A stretch of 63,192 nucleotides of DNA, counting the filler, from Nemertoderma westbladi (taxonomy: Eukaryota; Animalia; Xenacoelomorpha), in assembly GCA_032718475.1 (NCBI GenBank). It is 3 parts of 3 records of this genome, joined end to end, with 100 filler letters (N's around TTAATTAATTAA, not from the genome) between each part and the next. Parts side by side here need not be neighbours in the genome. Positions count along the whole stretch, not along the records: positions 1 to 26,589 come from JAUCBJ010000131.1; 2 more parts are not named here. One strand, given 5' to 3'. Shown here in pieces: positions 12,916 through 26,220 of this stretch; position 1 is the first letter of the stretch, and each line of letters begins with the position of its first letter. The notes under the pieces are model-generated. The model worked only from the letters and a program-made list of their open reading frames with translations, was not told the origin of the DNA and did no database searches. The position numbers and the translations under genes are program-made.

Positions 12916-13159
12916 GTGAATTCATGCAGCTGTAATTCTATTTACATTAGATAGTGATGATAGAGATAGAGATATAGAGGCCTACATACTTTCATTGACA
13001 TTGTGTTCTTTTTCATTATTCATTTTATGCTACTAAGCCTAACTAAATACCGCCTTTGCCTTTTTTGTTATGTAAAATAATAGTACTGTAGGCCCTACAT
13101 TTAAGTTACATTTGTTATTATTTAAATCGGCTATGTTGACAAATATTGACACATGAAAA

Positions 13160-13870
13160 TTATCCCGAGTAAAAATATTGTGTGTTGAAAAATATCGATA
13201 ATATCCTGAGCTGAGAGTAAAAAATATCGAGAGTAAAAATATTACGAGTAACAATAACGAGAGTAAAAATATTACGAGTAACAATATCGAGAGTAAAAAT
13301 ATTACGAGTAACAATATCGAGAGTAAAAATATTACGAGTAAGTCCCCCCTCACACGGAGCAACTTGTTTCTGCAACTTGTTTCTGAAACTTGTTTCAGCA
13401 ACCTGTTGCTGGGCCCCCTCACACACAGAAACAAGTTGCTGCAACTTGTTTCTGCAACTTGTTTCCGAAACTTGTTTCAGCAACCTGTTGCTGGACCCCC
13501 TCACACACAGAAACTTGTTGCTCAAGAAAATAACAATTATTTCAAAACAAATAGCTAACATGTCCAGTCATTTATATATTATAATATCAAATCACTCAAT
13601 TTATCGAATATTACCTCTAATCTAAAAATTGGATGTAAAAAAGGTTTTTTAAAAGGTTGCTGGGTATATAACTTCCAGCAACTTGTTGCTGGACCCCCTC
13701 ACACACAGAAATAAGTTTCGGAAACAAGTTGCAGAAACTTGTTGCTGGAGTCCTCACACACAGAAACAAGTTTCGGAAACAAGTTGCAGCAACAAGTTTC
13801 TGTGTGTGAGGGGGGCCTTACAATATCGAGAGTAAAAATATCGACAGTAAAAATATCGCGAGTAAAAAAA
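13160..13870. repeat. 15/30 bp tandem repeat (GAGTAAAAATATTACGAGTAACAATATCGA) interrupted by a MITE
   Basis: Units at 13214-13340 resume at 13820-13865. Confidence 0.75.
13342..13817. mobile_element. PIF/Harbinger-type MITE
   Basis: TIR (g)tcccccctcacac / gtgtgagggggggcc-like; TAA/TTA flanks; AACTTGTT subterminal repeats; sister copy at 58336-58848. Confidence 0.8.
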
Positions 13871-13955
13871 TCGTGCCTCATGCATCGCTATGTATTTTAT
13901 TGACTAGATAGTTAGACACTATATACATGAACACCACGTCCTTGAATATAGTGCC

Positions 13956-14255
13956 GTTATTCAGGTACCTGACCTGCCCCCAACTCCCTCCTCCTTAGCG
14001 GTGAGCCAGGAAAATGAGCCAGGAAAAGCCATGGAAAGCTGGCCGAGCAAGGATTCCAAATATGGAAAGCTACCCATACAAGGATTCCAAATATGTAAAA
14101 CATTTGAATTTGGTTGGGAAATAGCTGAGATATGGGCATTCGAACGTTGCATGTATTTGCTTCCGCTGCAGGCATGCTACTTATGATATAAGCAAAATGT
14201 TCTAGAATATTGTGAATTTATCAAATAGAATAAATGGCCTGCAGCGGAAGCAAAT
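13956..14255 (+). mobile_element. Deleted derivative of the 6858-7910 foldback family
   Basis: gttattcaggtacctg...gtgagccag...aatttggttg...gctgagatatgggcattcgaa matches its arms. Confidence 0.65.
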
Positions 14256-14818
14256 AACCTACACAGTTGAGTGGCGAATTTGGTTTTAGAGAGTCTTAAA
14301 AATCTTCCTAATTTACCATCATATTTCGAATAAACTCCCGGAGATGCCCATGATGAGCATCTACAGTAGGACTGTTGATACAGTACCTTGACATTTAGGG
14401 GAGTGTGAATGTTTTTTAGAAGAAATTAGAAGACTAATTGCATTTTGTCAGATACTTAAAGCTAATTCATATATTTAGAGTTTTAATTTTTCTCACAGTA
14501 TGCTTCTAACTAGGTGCACGTCCTAAAAAGTACAGTTTCCGTAACAACTAATAATAAGTAGGGTTAAGTATTACTTTACTACAAAAATACTGTATATTAA
14601 TAATTAAACAACGTAAACGTTGCAATTTATATTCGACAACTTGGTTTAGCTACAAAATTCAAATAAATTAGATAACACGAATTGCCGAAACAAAACTTGC
14701 TCATGAGGGTGGCCTACAGTACTGTACAATTGAAACTGAAACAAGTCACTGTGATGACTGATACGTGGATTTCAGGATAATAAAATGCAAAAACAGTAAA
14801 TTTTCTTAGTTCGGAGTA

Positions 14819-15919
14819 ATGAGTAATAAACCAGATTTATCAAAAGCTAATGTCCTTCGATTCTTATATATATTCGCCTCATTTTATCTCGGCCAAACGA
14901 CAAGCGATACCAGTCTTCCGCATCTGTCACGAGATTCCTCTATGTGCGGCTATAATTACTACTTACCAACGGGGGAGCTATTCGTGTGCGACCCGTATGG
15001 CGTTCTTTTAGGGGAGGTCGACAAGGTTAATAGGGCCTTCGCCAAATCCGTATACACCAATCGGATGAATCGATATGGAGGGTGTGGTCTCCGAGATGTG
15101 ACCTTGTATATAGTGATTCTACCTCAACTTGTCTGGCACAAAGACGGGAGTCCTTTTGTTAACACCGCCACTAAGAGCTATGCATTGGAATTGTTTCGGC
15201 TGTGGATTGAGGAAGGGCCCCCAACTTGTGAAGGCTACGCGTTGATGTATATATTCGGGAACGACTTGAAATTATCTCTTGTGATCGACGGGAAAGACAT
15301 CACCATTGATTCCAATGTGCATGATGAGATTGAACAGCGGTTCTACAAATACCGTAACCAAGGTAACCTTGTCGAGGGTTTCGTAAACATTGTAAGGGAT
15401 ATTGAGTATTACTCCTTGAATCGAAGACTCCCTTCCTCTGGAATTACTGCTGATATAACTTCCGGTGTCGGTTGTCTACTAGCTCTATTAATATTAGGCG
15501 CCCTTCTCATGCACACTAGACGATTTCCTTTGCTTAGAAACTTTCCGCTGCCTAAGATGTTAACCTTTTCACGCCAACAATCACCTAGAAACTCTATTAT
15601 CAGAAATCCACAACGGGAATTTACCAAGTCTGTTTCTGAGAACTGTTGTGAAAATGCATGTTGTTGCAAGAAGCAAGAAAACTCCTCTTGTCCGATGTGT
15701 TTTTGCGAAATGGAAAAAAAATGCACGGAAAACAGTGAAAATCTCTACAATTATCAAAGCCGTCATCTAGAATTAAACAGAAAACAAAAACGCGTCCGAT
15801 TTGTGAGTGACTGCAAATGTGTAGGTACGGATTCACGTTGCCATTGTCAAGAATGGAGACCAAACGTAAATACAAATGTAGCAAAAATAGCGAAAGTTCA
15901 GCAATGGAGGAATCTCTAA
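14819..15919 (+). CDS. TPM-domain (MOLO-1-like) single-pass membrane protein with Cys-rich cytoplasmic tail
   Basis: Signal-like N-terminus; CG...VCDPYGVL motif typical of metazoan TPM/MOLO-1 proteins; TM segment GVGCLLALLILGALLM; single exon. Confidence 0.65.
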   Translation: MSNKPDLSKANVLRFLYIFASFYLGQTTSDTSLPHLSRDSSMCGYNYYLPTGELFVCDPYGVLLGEVDKVNRAFAKSVYTNRMNRYGGCGLRDVTLYIVILPQLVWHKDGSPFVNTATKSYALELFRLWIEEGPPTCEGYALMYIFGNDLKLSLVIDGKDITIDSNVHDEIEQRFYKYRNQGNLVEGFVNIVRDIEYYSLNRRLPSSGITADITSGVGCLLALLILGALLMHTRRFPLLRNFPLPKMLTFSRQQSPRNSIIRNPQREFTKSVSENCCENACCCKKQENSSCPMCFCEMEKKCTENSENLYNYQSRHLELNRKQKRVRFVSDCKCVGTDSRCHCQEWRPNVNTNVAKIAKVQQWRNL

Positions 15920-17154
15920 AACTTAATATATTAATTATACTGTAGGCATACCGCAGAGTAATATTTTATACATAACAGAAGAAACATAGCAAGACGTTTC
16001 CACACAATTAGTTCTGGAAATCAGTTGAGGAATTTAAGATTTTCCATTTTTTGAAAATAAGATTACTACTATACGATATCATTGATTACTACTGTATAAT
16101 TAATTTTGTGTAAATCAAACACTATTTGGGCAATATAACTAACTTAGGAAGAAATTAGGTATCTACTGTATCTGGCTATACTACACGATGTAGAGTCTTC
16201 GCGCAGCACGTCACATATACTTGTGTTAAGTGGCAACACGAAATAAACATTTTTATAGCGCCACATTACGGTATACCGGTACTGTAGTATTCTGTGGCGC
16301 TAAGCAATCTCTGCGGTGCACAGTAAATAAATTAGCTAAAATGTGTTAAAATATACTGTATATAAAACCAATTGTTACGTACATACTTAAAAGGGAGAAC
16401 ATTAAAAAAGTTTGGTTAAAATAATATATTCTGTATAAAAAAAAAATTTTTACGTTCATACTTAAAAGGGAGTACATAAAAGCAAGTTCGGTTTAAGTTG
16501 TAAGTGACTAGACTAGTGACTAAAATTATAGCTGAGAGAACATGTGTTTTTTTTTGTGTTTTTGAGACGCTCGCGTTTGTCTTTGTATAGCATGTCGTGA
16601 ATGTATTGTGGCGGTGACCAGTTAAAGCTTGGTACAAAATACATCACAAAGGCTCGCAGCTTACCGCGGTTCGTGTAGGTTGGTGGAATGATTGGAGTAA
16701 CGAGCAAATGGAGAGTGGAATTTATAAACAAGAGTCGATAATGTGAAAGAAGGGCTTGGCGAGTTACAGAGTTGAAATGAAATACGATTTTACGTACTTA
16801 GAATAAGATAATTTACGATTTTCGATTTTAGAGTAGAGGTTAATCGAACGAGATGGACACGGTGGTGACTGATATTGATTTATTGAGATCATATATAGTA
16901 TAAGTAATTTGACAAACGAATGGGTTATACCGGTAAATATATATCTAAAATATATTGATACGATAAATAAAATACTGTAGTTTTAATTCTGGTATAAAAC
17001 GGCAAATATGTCTCGAAGGATAGCCCCATGAGGCGTAACAACATCTCCATGGGGTTCCTCAAAAAATGATGGGGTAGGTACGAAATGTGCAAATAAATAT
17101 ACAGCTAGTACGATAGCAGATTGCAACTGGTCTAGGGTTAATTTCATACACAAA

Positions 17155-17935
17155 CGAACTTAGATCCTTCCCATAGGAACTTAGATCCTCAACATACGAA
17201 CTTAGATCCCACCTTTCTTTATATTGCTGTACCAGCTGTGTTAATGTGAAATGTCATTCCCATAGGCCAGCAGACCGTACTGTAAATATTATCACGCTTG
17301 AAGGGAAGCGAACGTTGCCACCATAATACATTGCAACGAATTAGCTATAAATTGGCAAATTGTAGTTTGTTGGTGAGTCACTCGGGATCGCAACTACTGT
17401 ACTTTATGCGCACAGTACACATGGGATCTAAGTTGGTTTATCCTCTAGCGTGTGCTAAGGAATTTGTATAAATTGGGATCTATAAGTCCACCTAAGATAT
17501 AAGTTCGGTCCGCTTTGCTTTAACGTGGGATCTAAGTTCGCTTTGCGATTAGCATGATGATTACCAAAGGATTTTAATACCATAAACTGGGATCTAAGTT
17601 CACCTAGTTAGGATCTAAGTTCACCTAGATGGGATCTAAGTTCACCTAGATGGGATCTAAGTTCACCTAGATGGGATCTAAGTTCACCTAGGTAGGATCT
17701 AAGGTTACCTAGTTAGGATCTAAGTTCACCTAGATGGGATCTAAGTTCACCTAGATGGGATCTAAGTTCACCTAGGTAGGATCTAAGGTTACCTAGTTAG
17801 GATCTAAGTTCACCTAGATGGGATCTAAGTTCACCTAGATGGGATCTAAGTTCACCTAGATGGGATCTAAGTTCACCTAGGTAGGATCTAAGGTTACCTA
17901 GTTAGGATCTAAGTTCACCCAGATGTATCTACGTT
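17155..17935. repeat. 21 bp minisatellite (GGGATCTAAGTTCACCTAGAT, ~16 units at 17589-17930) with three inverted units at 17155-17210; probably transposon subterminal repeats
   Basis: Direct reading; gaacttagatcc on the left is the reverse complement of ggatctaagttc. Confidence 0.85.
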
Positions 17936-18680
17936 CGCATACATATAGGACCTAGCAGCTTCCAGGCTTCTGAGCATGGCCTATCAGCCTATCTGGCAGT
18001 CTGTTGCTGTTAGCATTTTTGATACCGGTATCTTTCTTGTTCATTTTGTATGCTTTTTGTAGTTTAGTACGTCTACATGCTACAGGCAGACAGGCCTAAG
18101 GCTGCTAGGTGCTAGGTCTACGCCTGCCTGCCGGTGTTTAGCTGTATTCAGGTATTTAGTAAGTAGGCCTACTGTCTGAATGAGCAGGTTACAGTTACAG
18201 TGGCAAGTTTTTCTAACCAAAACAATACAGCAATAAACGAGAGTGAAAAACAAGTATTTTGTGGTATTTTGGTTTGGGGTAATTCGTAGGACCGTTTTTA
18301 CAGTTTTTAAAACACTTCACAAACAGAAAACAGTGCTGCACCTGTACACGAACACGGTCAAGGCAGCAAGGGATCGAACAGGCAGACAGGGGCAGCAGCT
18401 ACCGGTACATGTCAATTTTGACATGTACAGATGTATGTCAATTTTAACATGAGAAAAACATTAAGTATTTATATTATCTAAACGGCACGGTGCAGCGGTG
18501 AAAACAATTTCCGCACGGTCAAAAGTTTCTAATTTACTTATAATTTCGATTTTCAGATTTTTATATTTAAAAAACACGTCTGGAAATATTTGAACACGTC
18601 AGGTAAAAAAATGTCAATATCGACATGTCCATGTCAATTTTGACATGCCCCATCCTGGAAAAACTAGCTCTACCTGTCTA

Positions 18681-19601
18681 CCAGGTTGGAATTCATGCAT
18701 GAGCGCGCAGGTACGCTTTGTTGTTTTGAAATCACCGCGCACCTGAAATTGGCTCGTCGCGCACCTCATCATAATCCAAACAAAATCGCGCAGCTCATGC
18801 CGTGCATATCTCAAAAAATCGCACAGTTCATAAGAACAATTTTACATTCCTATTTTACAAGTTTGAACGTTTTAAGCTTATCTTTACGTCTGTCTGTCTG
18901 TACATTGAATCTAGGCTTACATAATAAATGTAATTTTTGCAACATCAAAATTGTTAATATTAAAAAATATTTTTTTAATCCACTACTATGGTATGGCGGC
19001 CCATCGGGCTCACTGCTTTTATAACAGAAAATATTATTTTAGATTACAAACAAAACATGCAATTTCAAAAAAACGAGTATTGAAATAGGTACCAGTCTGC
19101 CAGTAGGCCTAATACTTTGTATAGGCCTACCTAACAACAGAACAATTAGGCTTAAACATACAGTTGGCTTATAATTAAGTCATACTTATAATAGAATTAA
19201 TACATTGTTACTTTGTGACTTTACCTGTTTACTAACGTAACATCGGCATAGCATAGACCTAATAACAATACAACAATAGAGTAGGCCTACTGTAATTAAA
19301 ATAAATAGACAAATTCAGCTCTGGTTGCCGGTATTACAGTATTATGGTGAAGTGATTTGACTGTTTGAAGAATTGTAAATGAGAAACTAATGCGAGCGAA
19401 GCGAGCGAAATTTTTTTTGTGTATTTTCGTGATTTCAATTAATTTGTGGTGCGCATCAGAGGCAGAGCTGCGCGCTGAGGCGCAACGCGCACCTGTCTCA
19501 CCCGAACGCGCACCTGTCTCACCCAAACGCGCATCTGGCACTGGTTTGCGGTCATTCGCGCAGGTACGCGTCTGAGTTTTGCAGCATGAATTCCAACCTG
19601 G
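18681..19601. mobile_element. Non-autonomous DNA transposon with 18 bp TIR and 8 bp TSD (hAT/P-like)
   Basis: TIR ccaggttggaattcatgc / gcatgaattccaacctgg; TSD cctgtcta at 18673-18680 and 19602-19609; inserted in a CATGTCAAT..TGACATG palindrome-rich repeat. Confidence 0.9.
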
Positions 19602-19922
19602 CCTGTCTACATGCAGACATGTCAATATTGACAAAGTGCCCGACTGCCCGTAATGTAATACCAATTTATACGGTAGGCCTAGTACTGTAGTACGTACTGC
19701 AGTACTGTAGTAAAGTAGTAAGGTACCGGTAATCAATTAATAAATGGTTGGTTAATTATGTCATTAGGCCTACCGTATGCCATGCATGGCTGCATTGTCA
19801 TTTTATTTTACAATTTACTGATTTATTAAGGACAACTTTATACCGTTCAGCCGTTATTAAAAGTGAGGATGCATTGGAGGTCTTAATAAGCCAAAACTTG
19901 ATGCAGGGCAGGACATACTGCT

Positions 19923-20375
19923 ATGATGGATATTTTAATTATTATATCCCGGTACCTGCTATTTATGGCACTGCTTGTGTGGAATTGTTTATTTCGAACC
20001 GATGCAGGGGTTTCGGGGGCTGAATATTACCACCGCCGAAGGATGTCTAAACCAAACGGAACGATAGCATCAGATATTAACCCCAACACGATGTTTTACT
20101 ACGAGAATACTCAGTCCGAGTGGCTTATAGAAACAATGGATGAGAATAACTCGAAATATATTATTCTAATAATAGATAGATTCGATACTGAATGTAGTTT
20201 TGATCAGTTATTTATATATGATGGTGACACAACAGACAGTCGGTTACTGGCTGCCCTTAGTGGTCTCATTGTCGGTAATGACGCGACGACAAGTGAACTT
20301 ACGTTCACGGCTTTGTCTGGGAATATGTTACTCCATTTCGTTACTGATACCAATTACGTACGCGATGGTTTTACG
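19923..20375 (+). CDS. MEGF8: MEGF8-like gene exon 1 (signal peptide + CUB domain)
   Basis: EWLIE...FDTECSFDQLFIYDGD...LLAALSG...SGNMLLHFVTDTNY...GF; donor ACG|GTGAGT at 20376, phase 0. Attractin is the alternative call. Confidence 0.8.
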
Positions 20376-21930
20376 GTGAGTTACATGTGTTTACATCGCC
20401 ACCTTCTACCAATACAATTATCACATTACATTTAATGTCGTGCGTGATATTACATCGAGATCGACCCCATATACTCTATTATATATTCCTATATTACTGT
20501 ATACTGTGGTATACTATTGTAGCTAAATTACTTAATTATAATAAATAGTACCGGTACACTGTAGACTAATAAATAGTAGAATGACTACTGACGCTTATTC
20601 CCATGTCAATTATCAGCATTAATGCTGCCTGTAATTTAATTAATTATAATTATTGCAGTTTTTTATGGGAATAAAATAGATTAATTATTATTATTATATA
20701 AGTCATAGATAGATAGATAGATTTACACATTATGTAAAAACAGCAACAAATACACCAAACCACGTACCGGTATAAAGTTATTGTCCAACATAACATATAG
20801 GATTACCCCTAAAGCTTTGCAGCTTATTTCCAAGGGGGTCCTTTATGTTGTTACTTGGTTTAACCAAGGTTACAAATACAATATTACACTACAATAACCT
20901 AAAACGAATATAAAACGTAATTACACTATGTACAACTTTTCCGAGAGCGTGGCAATGTCATAAAACCAGAATTATATTCCTATGTAATAGAACCAATTAC
21001 GGTATAAACCCAAATCGCAAACATTATTGCCACTAACTGTTACCCTCGTTTTGACATTAATAAAGTTTTTCTCAAACCGTGAATTTTTGTTTCATTCCAT
21101 AAGACATAAAATAACACAGGAAACTATTCCATCTACCGTAATGAATTAATGAATGGTTGGTTCTTCGGAAAATTGTTTTTGGCAGATCCAGAAAGGGAAT
21201 CTGCAGAGTTGAAAAATATAAAATATATAAACAATATATTCGCGGATGACCACAAGTATAATAGATGCGATAAAGTTTAAAAAAGTATAAGTTGTCTTGA
21301 GTTGAACATTCAGTATAAGTTAATCGGTAGTACTACATACAGTCGTGCTAATCGTGACTTTCCTCTTCCGTCCATGATGTCTCTACTTACCTCCAAATAT
21401 CATAAAAAGAACATGTATCCGCATATTGGATCGGTGCGGCCGACACTGCATGGTCCTGTTTTATAACAAACTGTTACAGAACGCCGTCAATTTCCTTCAC
21501 GGAAAAGCATAATCGTATTCTGCATTACTTTAACATAGTATGACCATAGTCCTGCTATGCAATAGCGTGTTATAATGCGATCTCAATGATTATCTTTTAT
21601 CTCTGTAGACCTAGCCTTTATAATGTACATAAGCCTAGGTGGGTATATTTATTTAATGTCAGGAATATTTTACTTTTGATGCATTTATGGGACGTACCCA
21701 TTTGTACTTATATTAACACCAGTCAGTCAGTATATGTACCAGTCTAACTAGTTTTACGTTAATAAATAAATAAATAAAAATATAAATGCGTTGTGTAATG
21801 TTTTTGCGTGATAATTTGACAGTCGACACTCGACAGTAAATATATTTACGGGGTGGGGTTGGGGTGTACAGACACCACCCCGCCACTATCCATAGCGTAA
21901 GATTTAGTAAAGTCGTTGTTTATTATTCAG

Positions 21931-22106
21931 GCGAGATGGTCTTTCAGGGATTGCCCTTATATGTGCGGTAGTCGTTGTTCCTTGGTGGCCAATTGCACGT
22001 GCAGCTCGGACGACGAGGATCCGTGTCTGAGTGACAGACCTACCGATTGTGGTCAGTCTTCCCAGTCCTGGAGAGGGTGGGTTGGAGTAAATGACAACAA
22101 ACGCAG
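21931..22106 (+). CDS. MEGF8: MEGF8-like gene exon 2 (end of CUB, EGF-like)
   Basis: Acceptor ttattcag|GCG phase 0; ARWSFRDCPYMCGSRC...; donor AG|GTTCGT phase 2. Confidence 0.75.
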
Positions 22107-22984
22107 GTTCGTTTATTAAATAATATATTTATCTTATATAAGAAGTTTCCGCGAATTAGCATAATATATTGCGTAGCTTGTCATAAAGCCCTGAGTTGAT
22201 TTTTGTCGGGTTTTACTTTTTTTATACGTAATTCCACACTTTAAGATATGCTCAATCAGCTGGTGAAGTTTTGAACACTTTAACCAATGGGAAGTGATGA
22301 TTATTGCGTGGTAAAGTGAAGCCCTATATCCCAATGGACATTATTTTGCTGAAAAAGAGTTAATCTCTCTCGATGTTACTGCAGAAAGGGTCTATGTAAG
22401 GTATTAACCAATGGGAAGTGATGTTTATGACGTAATAAAGTAAGATCCAATAAGCCTATTGGACAATATTTTACTGCAGAAAGGCCCTATATATATCTGT
22501 ATATATTTTATATGCTATCCTGAACAATTAAATTTTTTGACTTAGGGCCTTATGACAATTTGCTACGCTATTCAGTTTGTTGTAATACCTACCGGTACTT
22601 TGTTTCTAGTGGATCGGTCTGCTTGCAGCACCTTATGGAGGTGATATGGTGCGTTTATGGAAAAACTATGTTTTTTCAAAAACTACAAAAAGGTGTTTTT
22701 TTAATGTTTTTTTCGTTTTTTTTATGTATATACGTTAAACCCATCTTTCAGGAATAACTTAATAGTATATGTTATTTGATTTCATACTGCGTCGTCCATT
22801 ACCACCTAGAAATGGGCCAAACTATATCAATAATTTGGAATTTAAAAACCAAATATGTGTTTTTTTTAAATCCAAAAATATAAACTGTTTGGTGGAATAA
22901 AGTTGCACCACCGGTACGCAACCCGATTATTGCCTGGAATTTAACATTTTAACCACCGGTTTTATTATACCTTTTCTCTATTAG

Positions 22985-23176
22985 GTGTAATTGTAACTCC
23001 AATTACTACGGAGACCGGTGTTTAATGTTGGTAACCAATGACGGCGCTGCTAATAGGTACTACACCATATCGGATGAGGGGAGACACCGGGCCGGCCATA
23101 CCGCGGTCTATATTCCCGATGCGCTCTGGGTGTTCGGGGGTTACAATCTTAATAAATACACAAACACCCTCAGTTG
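22985..23176 (+). CDS. MEGF8: MEGF8-like gene exon 3 (EGF end + first Kelch repeat)
   Basis: Acceptor ctctattag|G phase 2; CNCNSNYYGDRC...RAGHTAVY...LWVFGGYNLN; donor TG|GTAAGT. Confidence 0.8.
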
Positions 23177-23354
23177 GTAAGTGAATGAACATTTAAGATA
23201 GTCAGTAATCTCATTATAATTATAACTTTTTATTGGGCACAGCTTTGTAAATTCGGCTATGACGTCTAGGTAAGAGGGATCGAACTGATGACCACCGAAC
23301 TCCTGCCATTTTAGAGTTGAATTTACAACTTAAAAGTTACATTTTAAAAAATAG

Positions 23355-26220
23355 AGTTTTGAGATTGAGGTTGAGATTATTTATTGCACAATAAAATTTC
23401 GACGAAAATAGCGTAAATATACATACATACAGTTACATAAAACACATAAGGCAATTAATTTTACATTTATTACATCTTTTTAAAAAAAAAAATTGCCATG
23501 CATAAAAAGTTAAAAAACCATCATAAAATTATTTTGTAGGTAACAAATATCATTTAGTATCAAATAACATTTAAATAAAGAACAAGCAGAGAATGTGTTA
23601 CTATCTATATATGAGATAAAAAAATTTTCGTACTTAATACGTTAAAAAAAAAAAAATCATCGTAAATTTATAGTGCAGGGGATAGCCTCATGAGTTATTT
23701 AACTCGTTTTCATGGGGGTCCCCGAGAAAAAATATTGCAAATGTATGCCATAATAAGGTATTGCTATATGAGATAAAAATAATATTGCGGAACATCGTAT
23801 CATATTTAAAAATATTAGTGATAAAATTCTAAATCTTTTAAAATAGGTATCGGCTGATTGTCATTTCGAAAGAGTTTTAAATAAAATTTAAGAAGCTTTA
23901 AAATCATCATCTTTTATCGTGGAATTGCCCTAAAGGATAAAATATAAGATATCAAACATAATAAAAAGTTATTTCAATATAAAAGGTTGGGTCGCTTGCT
24001 AAAAGAAGATTGCCTGATCATCAGCTATGAGTTTTTCAAAGTAGTGGTCCTTCAACGCATGTTTAAAGCCTTCTAACGTGGGAATACGAGTTATTTCATT
24101 AGGGAGATCATTCCAAAGCCGGGGGCCTCGAAATGAGAAAGCTTGTCGGCCGTATTCAGTTTTGCGACTTGGAATAACAGCGTATTGATTTGGTCCACGA
24201 CGATTCTCTCTAACAGAGAATTTAACCATATCTGATAAGTATTCTGGGGCTAGTCCATTGGCTATTCTGAACATATGGGATAGAGTAACAACTTGGGTTC
24301 GCTCCTTTAAGGGTAGCCAATTCAACCGAATGAAGTGCTCTATACTAATGTGCGTGCGTTTCTCAAGGAAAAGGCAAAAACGAATGCATTTCCGCTGGAG
24401 GGATTCCAGTTTTAATCGCAGTGATTTGTGAGTTGTAAAGAACCAACATTGACCTGCATAGTCGATGTGAGGCTGGATTAAAACATTGCAAAGCAGTCTT
24501 CGTAACCCTCCGCTAAGAACTGCACTATTCCTGTGTAAGAACTGCAGGCGACTGTTACCTTTCTTGATAACTTTCGATGCCATGGCTTTACCAGATAGAG
24601 TCGCATCTAGCTCACAACCCAGATAAATGGCAGAATCTTTGGGCGGTATGACTAAACCGTTACATGATATTTGTAAGTCTGGCTCCGATAATAGGCGTTG
24701 GTGACTACCAAAAAGTATGGTATCTGTTTTATTCAGATTTAAACTAAGTCTGTTGTCAGTCAACCACATAGATACTCTAGCCATGGTTGTTGTTAGTGTT
24801 CTCGAAATATCTGTTGAGTGGATCTGAGAGTTCAATAGACTAGTATCATCCGCGAACATTGGTGGTAATACATCTTCATTCAATGCCACAGTGCCAGGGT
24901 GGGTTGGTGGAATCGTTGGTGGGATTGTTGTTATGGTTGGAACTTCTTCAAAGTCATTAGTATATAGGATGAAGAGGGGAGGGGGTAGTATGCCTCCTTG
25001 TGGCAAGCCATTATCGTCTACATCTCTTGTTGAGGAACGAGTGCCATTTATTGATACATATTGCTTTCTGTTAGCTAGGTATGAAGCAATCCATTCTACT
25101 GCAGGTTTGTCAAAACCAATATACTTTAATTTCATCAGTAGGATACTGTGATTTATGGTGTCGAAAGCTTTCCTAAGATCCAGTAACACCATTCCTGTGA
25201 CTTTACCATTTTCTATTGCATCTCGAACTGCCTCATCCACTAACATTAGTGCTGATTCAGTAGAAAATCCAAGTCTGAAACCTGATTGGAACTTATGGAG
25301 TAGACGTTTCCTGGTGATATAACGGAGTATACGTATTAGAACGACCCTCTCTATGATCTTCCCTAGTATAGCAAGCAGAGCTATTGGTCTATAATTCTCC
25401 GTAATTAACCGTGGTCCTTTTTTATATGCAGGGGCTACCTTGGCTGTCTTCAGGGATTGTGGAAATTTACTTGTCTTTATTGATAGGTTTACAATATGAC
25501 AAATAATTCTGGCAAGCACCGTTGAACCATCACGGAATAATCTTGGAGGTATACCATCTGGACCTGGACTTTTATCTACATGCAGGTCTTTTAGGATTGT
25601 ATCTACCTCTTCAGTGTCAGTTGGGGTTAAAGAAAATGAGTTGAGTTCCACTCCTTTCTTCGCGTAGAACTCTCTTACATACTCATCTCCGTATTTCCCT
25701 GTTGGAGTTGGTAATTCACTCACCAAAGACTTTGTAATTGATGTAAAGAATTTATTAAACTCTTCAGCAATTTCAGAATTGTCATTGCTAGTTGATCCAT
25801 TCACAGTTAAGCCAATAGAAGAGGAGACTGGAATACTACGTTTTGTTGGCGCACCTATTCGTTTTAGAGTCTTCCATAGTTCCTTTGGTTTGTCTTTATT
25901 CATCGTTAGATTGTCTTTAATAAAGTTGGTTTTAGATCGTCTAATTACCTTGGTGGCAATATTTCTTAGTTTTTTAAAGGATAATTCATTTTCGCGAGTC
26001 CGTAGCGCATGGAATTTTCTCATCGCATTGTTTTTTGCTGTTATAGCTTGCCTCACTTCTTTATTAACCCAAGGTTCAGTAATTTGGCTCACTCGAATAA
26101 GTGTCAATGGGGCGACAGTGTCCAAGGTAGAAATCAACTCCTCAGAAAGTTTAGTGGTAGCTATATCTAGATCTTCTTCATTTAAAATATCTTTGATATT
26201 CTGGTTACCTTCCAGACTTG
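23355..26220 (-). mobile_element. 5'-truncated non-LTR retrotransposon, CR1/L2/Crack group, antisense in the MEGF8 intron
   Basis: RT ORF followed by ~620 nt 3' UTR ending in AATAAA and a (AATCTC/AACCTC)n tail near 23360-23385. Confidence 0.85.
23999..26220 (-). CDS. LINE ORF2 reverse transcriptase (endonuclease missing)
   Basis: KSPGPDGI, NYRPIALL, QSGFR, LDLRKAFDTINH, GLPQGGIL, MFADDT, YLG, AFSFRGPRLWNDLP; first ~50 aa of the called ORF read into unrelated sequence. Confidence 0.92.

Noticed and set aside
23255-23305. tRNA gene (B-box GTTCGATCCC on minus strand)
   Set aside because: No cloverleaf or acceptor stem; at most a SINE fragment
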